A stretch of 64,000 bases of DNA from Octopus sinensis. Lineage: Eukaryota. Shown here piece after piece: positions 22,700 through 35,371 of this stretch; the stretch's first letter is position 1, and each line of letters opens with the position of its first letter. Below the pieces are notes generated by a model. It saw only the letters and a list, made by a program, of their open reading frames with translations. It searched no databases and was not told the DNA's origin. The stretch spans positions 12,524,001 to 12,588,000 of the forward strand of contig NC_043018.1 of assembly GCF_006345805.1 (NCBI RefSeq), in the 5' to 3' direction. Position numbers and translations under genes: made by a program.

Positions 22700-22875
22700 A
22701 GCCTCAACTAGACTGCTTAGAGGTAAGAGTCATAGATACAAGATTTTCTGGGGGAGCAGCAACGACGGTCTAGATGGGGGTAAGTATTCTTCTGGCAGAG
22801 AAATGGGTGGATAAGGTGACTGAGGTGTTCAGAGTATGTGATAGGATTATCAAGCTAAGAATAGACCTCCTTAAT
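22700..22875 (+). mobile_element. LINE AP-endonuclease fragment
   Basis: 'GVSILLAEKWVDKVTEVFRVCDRIIKLRI'. Confidence 0.65.
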
Positions 22876-23945
22876 GAACAAAGTCTCATGAGTGGATTAG
22901 GTAGACAGAAACTAAAAGAAACCCGTTGTATATATATGTATATATGAATGTGTGAGTGTTACTGTCTCCTTGTCTTAATATCATGTGACAGTTGTAAACA
23001 AGTGCCATAAGCAGGGCCCATCATTTCCAATCTTCCATGAAAACATGCCTGTCACATGGAAATATACCTTACTTGGAAACAAGTGAGGGTTAGCAAGAGG
23101 AAGGGCATCCAGCTGCAGAGAATCTGCCTCGACAAATTCCATCCAAATCATACAAGCATTAAAACTCTGACAACCTACAGACAGGACACAGACCTTGCAT
23201 CTCATTAGTTGGATGACTGTGTCCTTGCTATTCCAGCCACTTCCTTCACCCTTCTGTTACCATATTTCTGCTTAAATACACTTTTTGATGGTAAGATTTA
23301 ATTTAGATCTCTTTAACCTTTTTGTTTCCATATTTCTTGTCAAAATAGACTGCTTTTGTTTCAATTAATTTTGAAAATTAATAAGAAATTCTAATAAAAC
23401 AACTTTGTAATTATTAAACTGGTGGTTGGAATTTAACATGAAATTTTGATGGAAACTAAATTACTAAGATCACTTTAAAACGGAAAGTATGAATCATAGA
23501 ACCAGGGGCAATCTCAAGCAGGTTGTCATAAATAGGGTGAATTAGGTACTCTAAATCACTTCTTGAATTTTAACTATTATTTTATCACCACAAGAAAATT
23601 CATCAGTTGGTTAGTACTAGCAGGGTAGGTTTTTCTACTAATGTCATACATGGTGAGGTGATTTTTATAATAAAAATTAGCCTTCTGCTAATCAAATGAT
23701 AAACAGGTAAGATGTAAATAATAATATAAATTATAAACCTCAGTGTTATACAGAAAAAAGGAGACCCTTTTCTGTCTCAAATTTATGCTTATTTTGCACA
23801 GGTATGGCTGTGTGGTCAGAAGGTTCATTTCACAACCATGTGGTATCAGGTTCAATCCTATTGCATGACATGTAGAACAATATCAGTCTTGGGAGTGGGA
23901 GATACGGTAGACATAAGAAGACAAAAACAAAATCACACAACCTAC

Positions 23946-24073
23946 CGAGCTTTCTTTGTATTCAGGTTATAATCCATGAATTTGTATTTGCAATGTTGCT
24001 CGTCAAATCGTTTCAGAACAGACTCAGCAGCTTCATTGTTCTCAGTATTTTTCATGAAGTTTTCAACATCTTC
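23946..24073 (-). CDS. VBP1: VBP1 exon 2: EDVENFMK...KRFDEQHCKYKFMDYNLNTKKA(R)
   Basis: PFDN3 homology; AG/GT boundaries; 128 nt. Confidence 0.95.
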
Positions 24074-25034
24074 CTGCACAAAATTAAAACAGAGCAAAAT
24101 AAATCACTAGACAACCACCTTGTTCGACAAAAGCTATGTTGTTTGACAATAACCAGCTTGTTCAATGAGAGCTACCTTGTTTACAGAATAACAAGTGTTG
24201 CCCACCATATAATGGATAACTTGGCAAGTATACTTTTGTCACAACGGGTAATATCAAGAAATATAGCATACATTCAATAATTGTAATGTAACTCGAATAA
24301 ACTTCTCGTATATTTGCAATAAACATATTTTACCAAATTTTATCAACTTAATCACAATCTGCTCCGTCAGAAACCTATCTTTGCAAAATTTCGGTAAAAA
24401 AAAATATTTGTTTTTCAGAAAGTTATCATTGCCTGCCACAAAGTTTTGTGTGTGCAATCAGATTCATCTGACTAATATTCTTCTAGGCAATGCTCTAGCA
24501 CGGCTTGGATGGTTTGATAGGGGCTGGTCAGCTGGAGGACTGCATCATGTTTTGGCATGACATATATATTAGTTCAAAATTACAGAAAACATGAGGCAAA
24601 GACAGGTGTAGGAACAGCAAGCAGGTGTATTAGTTTAACGCTCAGGTAAAATGGAAAAGTCTTTTATGTTTTGAGTCTCTGCTCTTCAAAAAAAAAAAAA
24701 AAAAAAAAAAAAAGGATTCAGAGGGAAAAAAAGAGAGAGAAAAATGTGTAGGGATTAATGGTTCAACATGATGAATAGCTTAGAAGAGGCTGAATAAAAG
24801 GGAGATAATAATGGTGACCCCTATCAAATGAATTTGGTCTCGTGCGTGTGTGTATGTATGAATAAAATGTATGGGGTGAGTGTGAGAGTAGGTATGTATG
24901 GGCTTGCTGAAAAATATGTGGACCTGTGTGTGTGTGTGTGTGTGTAAGTGACCCAGTGAGTACATTATGTGGAGTGATGTGTTACATGTACTGGTATGTA
25001 TGTGTGTGTGCAAATGCATTGGCCTGTGTGTGTG

Positions 25035-25585
25035 TGATCACTAGTGATGGTCATGTTATGCTTCCATTCATCTCACACAGCCAGATTCAACATGGAGGCC
25101 TACATCAAGTGCCTAGGGGACGTTGTGCTGCTCTGGGTCAAGAGGGTGGCTGCTGTCTGGCAAAAGGACTCTGCCCCTTGCCACACAAGCAGGAGAACCC
25201 AGTCATGGCTGTCAGATAATTTCTGTGACATCACCCCTAGCATCTGGCAACCTAACTCGCCACACTGCAACCCCCTTGATTATTATGTTTGGGGTGCAGT
25301 TAAGCGAGAGACCAACAAAACTCCTTGTAACACCAAAGATGAACTGAAGGCAAAGATTACAGTAGCATTCACCAACTGAAACAAGGAGATCATCCTAAAG
25401 AGTTGCAGGAGATTCCGGAGACGCCTGGGGGCCATGGTTGAAGCAAATGGCAATTTTATTGAATATTTACTCTTTAGTAGTTGAAGATATTTTCATGTAA
25501 TTTTGGTAAATATATGTTAAAATGAGATGGCAGTGTTACTTTCATTTTAGCGTAATTTAGACAATTCATTCACCACACCATGTGT
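25035..25585 (+). mobile_element. Tc1/mariner (DD37D, maT-like) transposon 3' fragment
   Basis: 'QKDSAPCHTSRRTQSWL...PNSPHCNPLDYYVWG'. Combining it with the 46-kb copy gives 37 residues between the second and third catalytic Asp. Confidence 0.8.
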
Positions 25586-27554
25586 ATATATACAAACATA
25601 CACACACACACATATATATGTATATATATATATAGGTCTCCTGACCAAGCTTAGGACAGCAGTAACCCCAGACAAGAGCCGTAATGACCAGTCCAACTCA
25701 TACCAGCAGACATAAAATGATGATGATGATAATCATCATTTTAACACCCCTTTCAATGCTTCAAACAGAATTCATTGAGGAAGATTTTTCTTTTTTTTTA
25801 CAGCAGGATGTCCTTCCAGTCTCCAGCTGCTACTTGTTTCCAAGTGAGGTAATATTTTCCTCCCACAACTGGACAGGTTTCCATGGAAGATCACAAACAA
25901 ACAACATTGCTTTCATGGTGGTAAAGAAGCCACATATCAAAATGAGGCACAAACACACACACATATATATTGGAATATAATCACATGCTGGGTCACTGCT
26001 TATTCAAATTTTGGTACAAGGCCAGCAAGTTCAAGGGGAGGGGGTCGATTACATTGATCCCAATCCTCAATTAGTAATTAGTTTATCGACACCCAAAAAG
26101 ATGAGAAACAAAGTCCACCTCAGAGGAATTAGGACTCAGAATGTGAAGACAGACAAATTGCCGGTCAGCATGTCACCCAGCGTGCTAATGATTCTGCTAG
26201 CTTGTCACCCTAAGACACACAAATCATAAATATTTGATGATTTCACTGGAGCTGGCGCCATATAAAAAGCACTCAGTACATTCTGTTGGTGTTAGAAAGG
26301 GTAAGCAGCCATAGAAAACATATCAAAGCAAATAGTAGAGTTTGGCAGTCTTCTGGTTACACCATCCAGCTTATGGCCAGCATGTAGAATGGACAAATGA
26401 TGATGATTTTCCTTTGCATAAAGCCATACATTTGAGAGTGATGGGTCAAGTAACTACTTTGCAAAATGAAAAGTCTATTCCAAAAGAATTTGAACTAAGA
26501 GAAAAAAAAAAAAATGAAAGAAACAAATAAAAGTAAATAAATATTATCTAATTCATTAATAAATAATAAGGAATTCAAATTTTGGTACAAGGCCAGCATT
26601 TTTAGTGGGAGGGAGTTTATTTCATTAGAGGTAAAATTCTCTATCATGTAGTATCAAAGACACAGCTAAGTCTACAAGAGTATGTATATGCTATGGAAGA
26701 ATGGATGGATAATGAAGATAAAAATATTATGAAATATTCATATTTGAAATACATAATTAGTATCAAAATTAGCAATCAGTCTGAAAGAATTTTAATCAGT
26801 AACACATTTCATTGACATTTAACATAATTCGGATGGACTAAGGCAAATATTTTTTCTTGTTAGGAATTTTATAGTTTCACAAATGAGGCTATACAAAGTT
26901 TTATGGAGGAAAAGGTTAATATCATTTTTGCCTTCTAGAAAACAGCCTGTTAGATAAAAGCTCTTATCCATTTTTTTTTTGTTTTTTTCAAAAATGTTCA
27001 CTGCAAAACAACAGTTGTTGACAGACATCCAAAACTAACTGTGAGTGGTTTGGTAACACGAGCAGCTGGTTAACAAGTTCTACCAAGAGACAAGTAAGAG
27101 GTGGGTTTAGTTAGTAATGCGCAAATAATCTAGAAATATATTTATGCACACACATAATATATATATAATCATCATCATCGTTTAACGTCCGTTTTCCATG
27201 CTAGCATGGGTTATATATACACACACACTAGAAGAGATACTCAGCATTGCTTGGGATTAAAATGTCATAGTTTTTTTATTGTTTTACTAGTTTCAGTCAT
27301 GTGACTGCAGCCATGCTGGAGCACCGCCTTTAGTTGGAAAAAAATCGACTACAGGATTTATTCTTTCTAAGCCTAGTACCTATTCTATTGGTGTCTTTTG
27401 CTGATGCACTAAGTGACAGACAAGTAAACACAGCAACATCGATTGTCAAGTGATGGTGGGGATACAAACACAGACACACACAAATATACAACAGCCTTCT
27501 TTCAGTTTCCGAGTACAAATCCACTCAGAAGCCTTTGGATGGCTTGAAGCTATA

Positions 27555-27596
<42 letters not shown>

Positions 27597-28096
27597 CATC
27601 ATCATCATCATCATCATTAGCATCCATTTTCTATGCTGACATGGGTTGGATGGTTTGACTGAGGTCTGGAGAGCCAGCAGCCTGGCAATGTTTCTACAGC
27701 TGAATGCCCTTCCTAACGCCAACCACCCCAAGAGTGTAGTGGGTTTTCTTTATGTGCCACCAGCATAAGAGCCAATCAGGCGGTCCTAGCATCGATCACA
27801 TTTGAATAGTGCCTTTTACGTGCCACCGGCATGGGAGCCAGCCAGGGGGTACTGGCATCAACCATGTTCAGATGGTGCTTTTTATGTACCACTGGCACGA
27901 GAGCTAGTCAGGCGGTCGTGGCATCAATCATGTTCATACAGTGCTTTTTACATGCCACTGGCATGGGAGTACTGGCCACAGCTACAATTTTGGTTGTACT
28001 TGAATCAACAGCTCTCCTCAAGCATATCATATATATATATATATATATCTATACATATATATATATATACACATACATATATACATACACATATAT

Positions 28097-28900
28097 ACAG
28101 GGTTTGGACAAAAAAACGCAAACACCTTAAAATTTCAAACAAAATTTATTTTAATATGGGGTAGGACCGCCTTTGGCAGTAATTGCAGCTTGAATTCTAC
28201 AAGCTAGAGACTCGTACAAAGTTTGAATTGTTTCCAAATGAATTTTTGTCCATTCTTCAACTAAACAGTCTCCAGTTCTTGTAGTGGTGATGGCGGAGGA
28301 TATCGGCTCCTTACTTGTTTTTCTAAAATGCACCATAAATGTTCAATAATATTGAAATCTGGGGACTGTGGTGACGAGATAAGATGTTCAACTTCACTAG
28401 AATGTTCCTCGTGTCATTCAGTAACAACTTTAGCCATGTGAATTGGTGCATTATCCTCCTGAAACATTGTGTTTCCCTTCAGAAACAGTTCTGCAACCCT
28501 AGGATGAATTTGACCAGATAAAATGCTTAAATATTAATTCTGCCATGAAGAGAAACCATTGGGCCAGTGGATTTCCAAGATATAGTCCCCCCAGCTCATC
28601 ACAGATCCTCCTCCATGTTAAACATTGGAAGAAGGCAGTGTGGGTCAAATGCTTCTTTTGGCCGTCTCCACACATATACTCGGCTGGTGGTTGGAAATAA
28701 AGTAAAGGATGACTTGTCCAAGAAAATAACATTCTTCCACTGCTCTAGGGACCAATTCTGTAGGTTTTTACTCCACTCTAAAGGCTTTGCAATGTTTGTT
28801 TTTGAAAGTAGTGGCTTTCTGATTGCAGGCCTCCTGTGAAATCAGGCTTTGTGCATTATCTCATAGCTTCAAGATTTCAATGATGTAATTGTTTATTTCA
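28097..28900 (-). mobile_element. Tc1-like (DD34E-type) transposon 3' fragment
   Basis: Minus strand 'QEDNAPIH', 'SPDFNIIEHLW', 'RIQAAITAKGGPTPY*'; terminal TA-CAGGGTTTGGACAAAA. Confidence 0.85.
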
Positions 28901-30169
28901 GACTGATATTGTAGAGTAGGTGTGAGAAGCTGGATCTGGTCATTTCAAACACAAGACAGGTAGAATATTTCAGCCAGGCAAAAGGGCTAAAGGTACAATC
29001 TGTAAAATACTAAGCCACTCACTCTATGATGTGACAAAATAGTTCTATTAATGAACAAACAACTGGAACACTCACTGACCAAACTGGCATGTGATTTAGT
29101 TAAGTGATTTTTTTATTTAGATACAAGGCCAAAAATTTGGAGGGGAGGGGTTTAGTCAGTCGCCAGTTGGGGATTATAAAATAAAGTACTTGATTAGTAC
29201 TTTATTTTATAAACTCCAGGAAGATGAAAGGTAAGGTTGGCCACCACACAATTTGAACTCAGAATGCAGAGTTGGAACAACCACAAAGCATCTTTTCGGA
29301 TGCTCTACAATTCCACCAGTTTGCCACATCTACTTAAGTACAGGTATATCTCAACTTACATAGTAATTGGTTCTGAAACATCTGACAACGTGAAAAATGA
29401 TGCAACATGAAAAATCATTATAAAATATTTATTAGCTTATATCTGTTTTAATAAAGGATTTGGCCTACCTTGAAATGAATAACACAAGTTGAAGTATATC
29501 TGGATTCCCCCCCCCCCCCGACTCCCATTGGATCTTTTGCTTCACTCAGTTTCCAATTCTTTTCAAATTTAGTGTATTGATGCAGCTTTGTATGCACAGG
29601 CGTGGCTGTGGTAAGAAGCCTGCTTCTCAACCACATGGTTCCAGTGGATTTGGCAGACGGAAACTGAAAGAAGCCTGTCATGTGTGTGTATCAGCCCCCC
29701 CTCCCCGCCATCACTTGACAACTGATGCTGGTGTTTATACCCCTGTAACTTCGTGGTTCAACCAAAGAGAGCAGGACTAGGCTTACAAAGAATAAGTCCT
29801 GGAGTCGATTTCTTCAACTAAAAACCCTGTATGGCCGCAGTTTAATGATTGAAACAAGTCAGAGAATAAATGTGGAAACGAAATTCATTTCTGCTATATA
29901 TTAATAAATAAAAGTTAATCGCTTTTAAAGTTTGCAAATTTTGGATAATTTTATCCAAAAGCAACAGACATAACTGGTACCTTTTCCCATAACAACAGGT
30001 CAAGGTAGCCTGCTTGAAAATTCCAATCAGCTGGATTGTCTTTATCTCTTTTCTGAATGGTTGCACCTCGTTTTTGTCATTTATCACCATTTTTTAATTT
30101 TTTTTTTATTTTGAGAAACAGATGCTTGAGTTTTCCCTGAACCATTTCAACCTAAATAGAAGTCTGGCC

Positions 30170-31060
30170 ATGGCCAACTTGTTTAACCTTTTCAATGTGA
30201 TGGAGAAATTGTAAAGCGAGGATGATGCAGTGTCTTACTTGCAAGGGAAGGGTGTTATCCCTCAGAGAAAATCATGCACAAAAAGACAGAAGAGATTGCT
30301 TCATGGGAACATTAAATCTGGCAGTGCTCCTGCAAAGGAGGCAACATGTGTGTGTGTGTCTGTCAGAAAAGATACAAGGTTGGAAGGTGGCACCCTTCTT
30401 TTTAGGACTGTACTGCTTTTCCTTTACTTATAGGTCAAGGAATTAACTTGTTCTGTTTTGCGCTGAAGAACCGAGGATGAGCCACTGCACAGCTGTTGAT
30501 TACCATAGCTAGGTTTGTGAAATATGTATAATGGACCAGCTCTGCAACCCAATTACAGATTGGTAGTCCTGGGAAGGTTGTTGAGATAAATGAAAAAGTC
30601 TTTGCAACATGTAAATACAACCAAAGAAAGGTGCTACCTGAACAGTGAGATTTTGGATGAATGTGTCGTGAGACCAGACATAGTTTTCTTCATATGGTGC
30701 CATGTTGGGACTGTGACACACTTGAGGAATGCATACATCAATTGGTTCTTACAGGAACCACTATTTTCAGTGACTTGTGGTGGGCCTACTCTCACATTCC
30801 TGAAATTGATGGTTATAAGTTTTGACACAGAACAATGAACCACAGAGCTGGGTTTGTTAACTTGAAAGGTGGTACCCATATGCAACAAGTGGAAAGCACA
30901 TTGATGGATCTGTGTAAAATGAGGGAAATGTAAATGACAAAATGACACTGTACGCCCCACCATTCCATGGTTAACTTGTATCTCTATGAGATTATGTGGT
31001 GTGACTCAAACTTTCGATTTTGGATTTTTGTTACAAAAAATGAATTGTTTACATGAACTG
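30170..31060 (+). mobile_element. Merlin/IS1595-like transposase relic
   Basis: Degenerate 'PGKVVEINE..CKYNQRKVLPEQ.IFG' and 'LPGTTIFSDLW..Y'-like segments. Confidence 0.6.
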
Positions 31061-32755
31061 AGCAACAGTTTGCTTTTTATGTGTAATTTTTTTGGAAAAA
31101 AACCCCAAAAAACCATTTCCTTGAGGATTTTACTTTGTATATTGCTTACATGCCTGTTCCAACATTTCATATGGCTTTATTCATTAAAACTTCCATTGTC
31201 ATGATGTTTTGTCTAATGTTGTCATAGACAGTTATCATGCACAAAATGCCAGCTTCCAAATCCTGTATTTTGTTTGAGTAAAAATAATAGAACTAAACCT
31301 CTGTAGCATTTTACTAAAACTTTTCTGGAACAAGTGGATAACAAAATCAGATTCAGTGTGAAAAATGTACATTAATATACCAAATTAGAAAATTTTCACT
31401 TGATTTTTAAGATTTCAAAAGCTGTGAGTGAAACAAAAATGATCCTTTCCATTTGTAAATTTAAATACACTTCTACCTCTCACATTTTATAGATATGCTA
31501 TTCATACAGGCATTTGGAGACAGACATCTTTTGAAGATGGTCTCACAAAACTGTTTGGTAATTTCTGTAAAATTAAATTTTTTTTTCAGCTCACACAAAC
31601 CTATACATATACAAAAATGTATACATATACAAAAATGTATACATGCACATAAAGATATACAAAAAATACATAAAAGCGATTTGTGAAAACATAAAACATG
31701 TATGTGTGAGTGTGTGTTTCATTGTTCAAATCGCTGGTGGACACAAAAGAAGAGTATGCGACTGTTTTTCACTGTTCAGTTAGTTTTGGCACATCTGTCT
31801 CCCAAGGATCGCCTCTGAAGACTTCTAATTTAGGTGCTTGGTTACAAATAAATGGGGAAGGTATATAGCTGACTTAAATCAACTGCTTGTACTTTTTACC
31901 AATCTCAGAAGAATAAAGCAAATACTTGTATTTGCTTTGTTCCTCTGAGATCAATATTTTCTAGTTGGGATTTGAACTCAATATAAAAGTACATATCTGA
32001 ATTCTGCACGATGTTTTGGCTTTATGATTGAAAGAAAGGGTGGAGCGAGGGAGAAAGTATGGCGTGCCAAAGTCATTTGCAGTGAAAAAGAAGTCAAAGA
32101 GTTTTAACTGCACACTGAAACCGCATAACGGTCTTGGCACAAACCCAAGTTTGAAAAAAGAGAGATAAGAGTACAAGAGAAGGACTTGAAATATAAAAAT
32201 AGAAATTCCTACAATACAGGTGACAACTGAGGTTTCAAATGACAGGAATTCAAAAATAACAAAAGTTATATAGGGGATTATTCTATAATAAAAGGGTTCT
32301 CAAACATTCTTAATCTATGGACACCTTTAGTTATTATTTTATTCTGGTGGACCCTCATAATAATTCAACTAGTTTTATAGAAACATCTTTCAAAATTCCT
32401 TTTTTTCCATACACGAACTTGTGTAGGTTAAAACTATGTAAAATGTTAGAGAAAGAAACCTTGCTGTTTCTTGCAAGATGTACCAATACCTACGTCTAAA
32501 GCAACATTTTTCATGGACCTTTTTAAAGTACTATTGTGGATTCCCAATTTAGTATTTTGTTGCATGGACCCCGGTCAAGAACCAATGGATAATGCATAGA
32601 AAAAGCATAGGACTGAAAGAAAAACCAGAATTTCAATTAACGAATAATAATAAAACGATCATATGAAAAACCGTGGGCTGCCACACGGTCTCTGTTTCGA
32701 GTTGAAACAAAAGATCACCAAAACATGTATACTCTTCCCTTTCATATCCATTTTG

Positions 32756-34017
32756 GGTATTACTTAAGAAGAGTGGACCTGATGCGCACACCGGTCAGAC
32801 ATGCGCCAGTCAGTACCTGCAATAAAAATAAAAAAACCCTTCACATGTATAAATATGTGTAAACTGTAAATCGGAGGGGAGGGGGAATTTATCTATCTAT
32901 TTATCTAATAAAACAAATTTTGAAATTGAAATAAAATGTTACTCAAAAGCAGACATTAAGAAAAGTGAGAATAAAAGTGAATCATTCTGAAAGATGTTTT
33001 AGAATGTTCCGAAAACCTTCATCTCCAGTCTTCCCATATTTTTCTCCTCCAAAGAAACTCGTCTCAACGGGATTCCATCATACTCTTGAATCTGCTTTTC
33101 GCATTTTCCCAGTAACATTCAACAGAGTTGGTCTGCACATCAGTTCCTGGATCCACAAAGTTTTCTCTATGGTTCACTTTGAAATGGGAATATCGTGGTT
33201 CAATATCTATTTCGACTATTCCATTGTATCCACACCAACAATCAGAATTGATAATCGTTCCTGATTTTATATACTTTCTGATAAGGGGGGGGGCAGAGTT
33301 TCGGAGGAACAACCATTCACAAACCCCCAGAAGTCCTATTTTGTCGTCTTCTCTGTCCCATTCTCCCAAAACCCACCTCTCCTCTGGTTTTCTACCTCTA
33401 TTATACTTTCTTTTGCACATAAAAGATTCGTCTGTTTCGACGATGTACCTAACTCCTCCAACTTGGTAGGGATTACATACAAGATGGTGACTCCCTATGG
33501 CTCCCATGTATTGATAACATTATCACTATTGCTTCTCAAAGGCCTGTCATATCACATGAGATATTTATGGAAACTTTTCTGGACCATAAATTCAAGTGTA
33601 TGATGGAAGTACACACAAATATGATTGAATCCCATCTAGACGAATTTCTCTGGAGGGGAAAAATGTGGGAAAACTGGAGATGGATGTTTTTGGAACATTC
33701 CAAAACATCTTTCAAAATGGTTCACTTTTGAATAACGACTAACTTTTAAGTAAATAACATTTTATTTCATTATTTTCACTTTTCTTTCTTAATGACTACT
33801 TTTGAGCAAGATTTTATTTTGATTTCAAAATTTTCTTTACTTCCATTCATTCAGTCAGTCGATTGCTTGTTTCGATAGATACATCCACCCCATCCCCTCT
33901 AATTTACAGTTTACACATATTTATACATGTGAAGGGTTTTTCTTTTATTGCGGGTGCTGACTAATCTACTGACTGGTGCGGGTGCGCGCGAAGGGGCCAC
34001 TCTTCTTAAATAGTACC
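32756..34017. mobile_element. Merlin (IS1595/ISXO2-like) element with TIRs and 8-bp TSD, built from two inverted 3' ends
   Basis: TIR GGTATTACTTAAGAAGAGTGG / CCACTCTTCTTAAATAGTACC; TSD CCATTTTG / CCATTTTT. ORF 33064-33507(-) reads 'VETDESFMCKRKYNRGR..SDCW.GY..VNHRENFVDP..QTNSVECYW'. Confidence 0.88.
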
Positions 34018-35251
34018 CCATTTTTCACCCAGAGAGAGAGAAAAAAACTTAGAAATCTTAGGCACATAAACTCTCTTTCTGCCATTATAGAAGCCTCCAG
34101 AGAACAGAAAGCAAAAATCTGAATGTTTTAACGTTAAAGAATTCGATTTTTTAAAAGATAAATATAGAAGTGGGCCTCCATCCACCCCACGAGACTTTGC
34201 TTTCCCATAACTTTCATTAAAAATACTTGTTTTTGAATCAAATTTTCTTTACAGAGGATATATATGGTATAAACGAATCTTGAGTATGAACCGATAAAAA
34301 TCTATGCGAATCTAACGAATTAAAACCAAAGAGAGGAATTAAAAATGTATCGTAAGTTATGTGAAGGTGAACATTATTTTAATATATATTATTTCAATCT
34401 ATTTGTGAATAGAAAAAAAAATTATGAAAGATGGAAAGGTAACAAAATTCTATAAATAAAATCTGGGAAAAATTAAACAAGAATTAAAACCGATGGAAAA
34501 GTGAAAATAGCTTCGACGTTCAGAACCTGAAATATTAATCATCATCAAATTAGGAAAAAATGTTTAATCAACTGAAAACGGTATCGGCTTAAATTCTCGT
34601 GGAGACAGAAGGAATAATTAAGGGATCGATGCTAAAATTTTATATTTAAACTTTGTCAACATTTCTATTGAAGGAAAAGAGTGGAAGCCAAGAAGATTCC
34701 TCAACAAGCGTCAAGAGCAGAATTGGGAAAATGCTTCAATGTTAATCGGTGGGAAATGTTTCTTGTGGTTTCCTCATGGAAGGGAGAAGAGTCAATCTGA
34801 AATAAATATTCCTTTTATGGCAGATCAATAAAAATTTACATAATAAACTTATTCGGGTTTGTCTGATTTATCTTCGTGTAAAACATTTCTTAAAACATTT
34901 TTCTATGCTTTAATTATCATCGTTTGACTTGATTGAGTTCCCTGGAAGTGTTTAATCATCTTTGATAATTATTTTCTTACGATTACTCAGAAAATATCGA
35001 AATGATCAAGAGGGAAATATTATTAAGCGAGAATGGCAATCATTACATGAAATAATCGATAGAAGCTGCGAGAGACAAATTATCTTCTTATTTTCTCTCT
35101 TTTTAGTTCCTCCTTTTTATCTTGAAATAAAACGGGAAAAAATATTACATATTTACAAAGCAGTAAGCAATTACTGCATTCGAAAGACTCAAGTGTAATC
35201 AAAACTGGAGATAAGGATGGTTTTGCTGTGTTGGAAATTGTCTGAACCTAC

Positions 35252-35314
35252 CACAAAATCTGCCTTCGGGATTCCGCTGTGGTTCTGCTCTTCGTCCGCC
35301 TTGTCGGCCGCCAT
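35252..35314 (-). CDS. VBP1: VBP1 exon 1: MAADKADEEQNHSGIPKADFV
   Basis: GIPxAxFV motif, good Kozak context, GTAGG donor. The six exons total 561 nt = 186 aa plus stop. Confidence 0.93.
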
Positions 35315-35356
35315 GCTTCTTTGCTCAGATCTCGCGAGATTCTCTCGAGAAACAAT
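35315..35356. promoter_or_regulatory. Shared bidirectional promoter core with ATCTCGCGAGAT palindrome (35329-35340)
   Basis: 42 bp between divergent ATGs; TCTCGCGAGA motif nearly centred; second palindrome TCTCGAGA at 35343-35350. Confidence 0.75.
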
Positions 35357-35371
35357 ATGGCGATGTTAAAG
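35357..35371 (+). CDS. CUL5: Cullin-5 exon 1: MAMLK
   Basis: aatATGG context and a strong AAG|GTGAGT donor; phase 0 fits exon 2; resembles the short first coding exon of vertebrate CUL5 (MATSNLLK). Confidence 0.82.

Noticed and set aside
24640-24712. A-run preceded by a Penelope-like terminal motif; possible retrocopy tail or ribozyme
   Set aside because: No upstream processed ORF or TSD, and the ribozyme core is too degraded to call.
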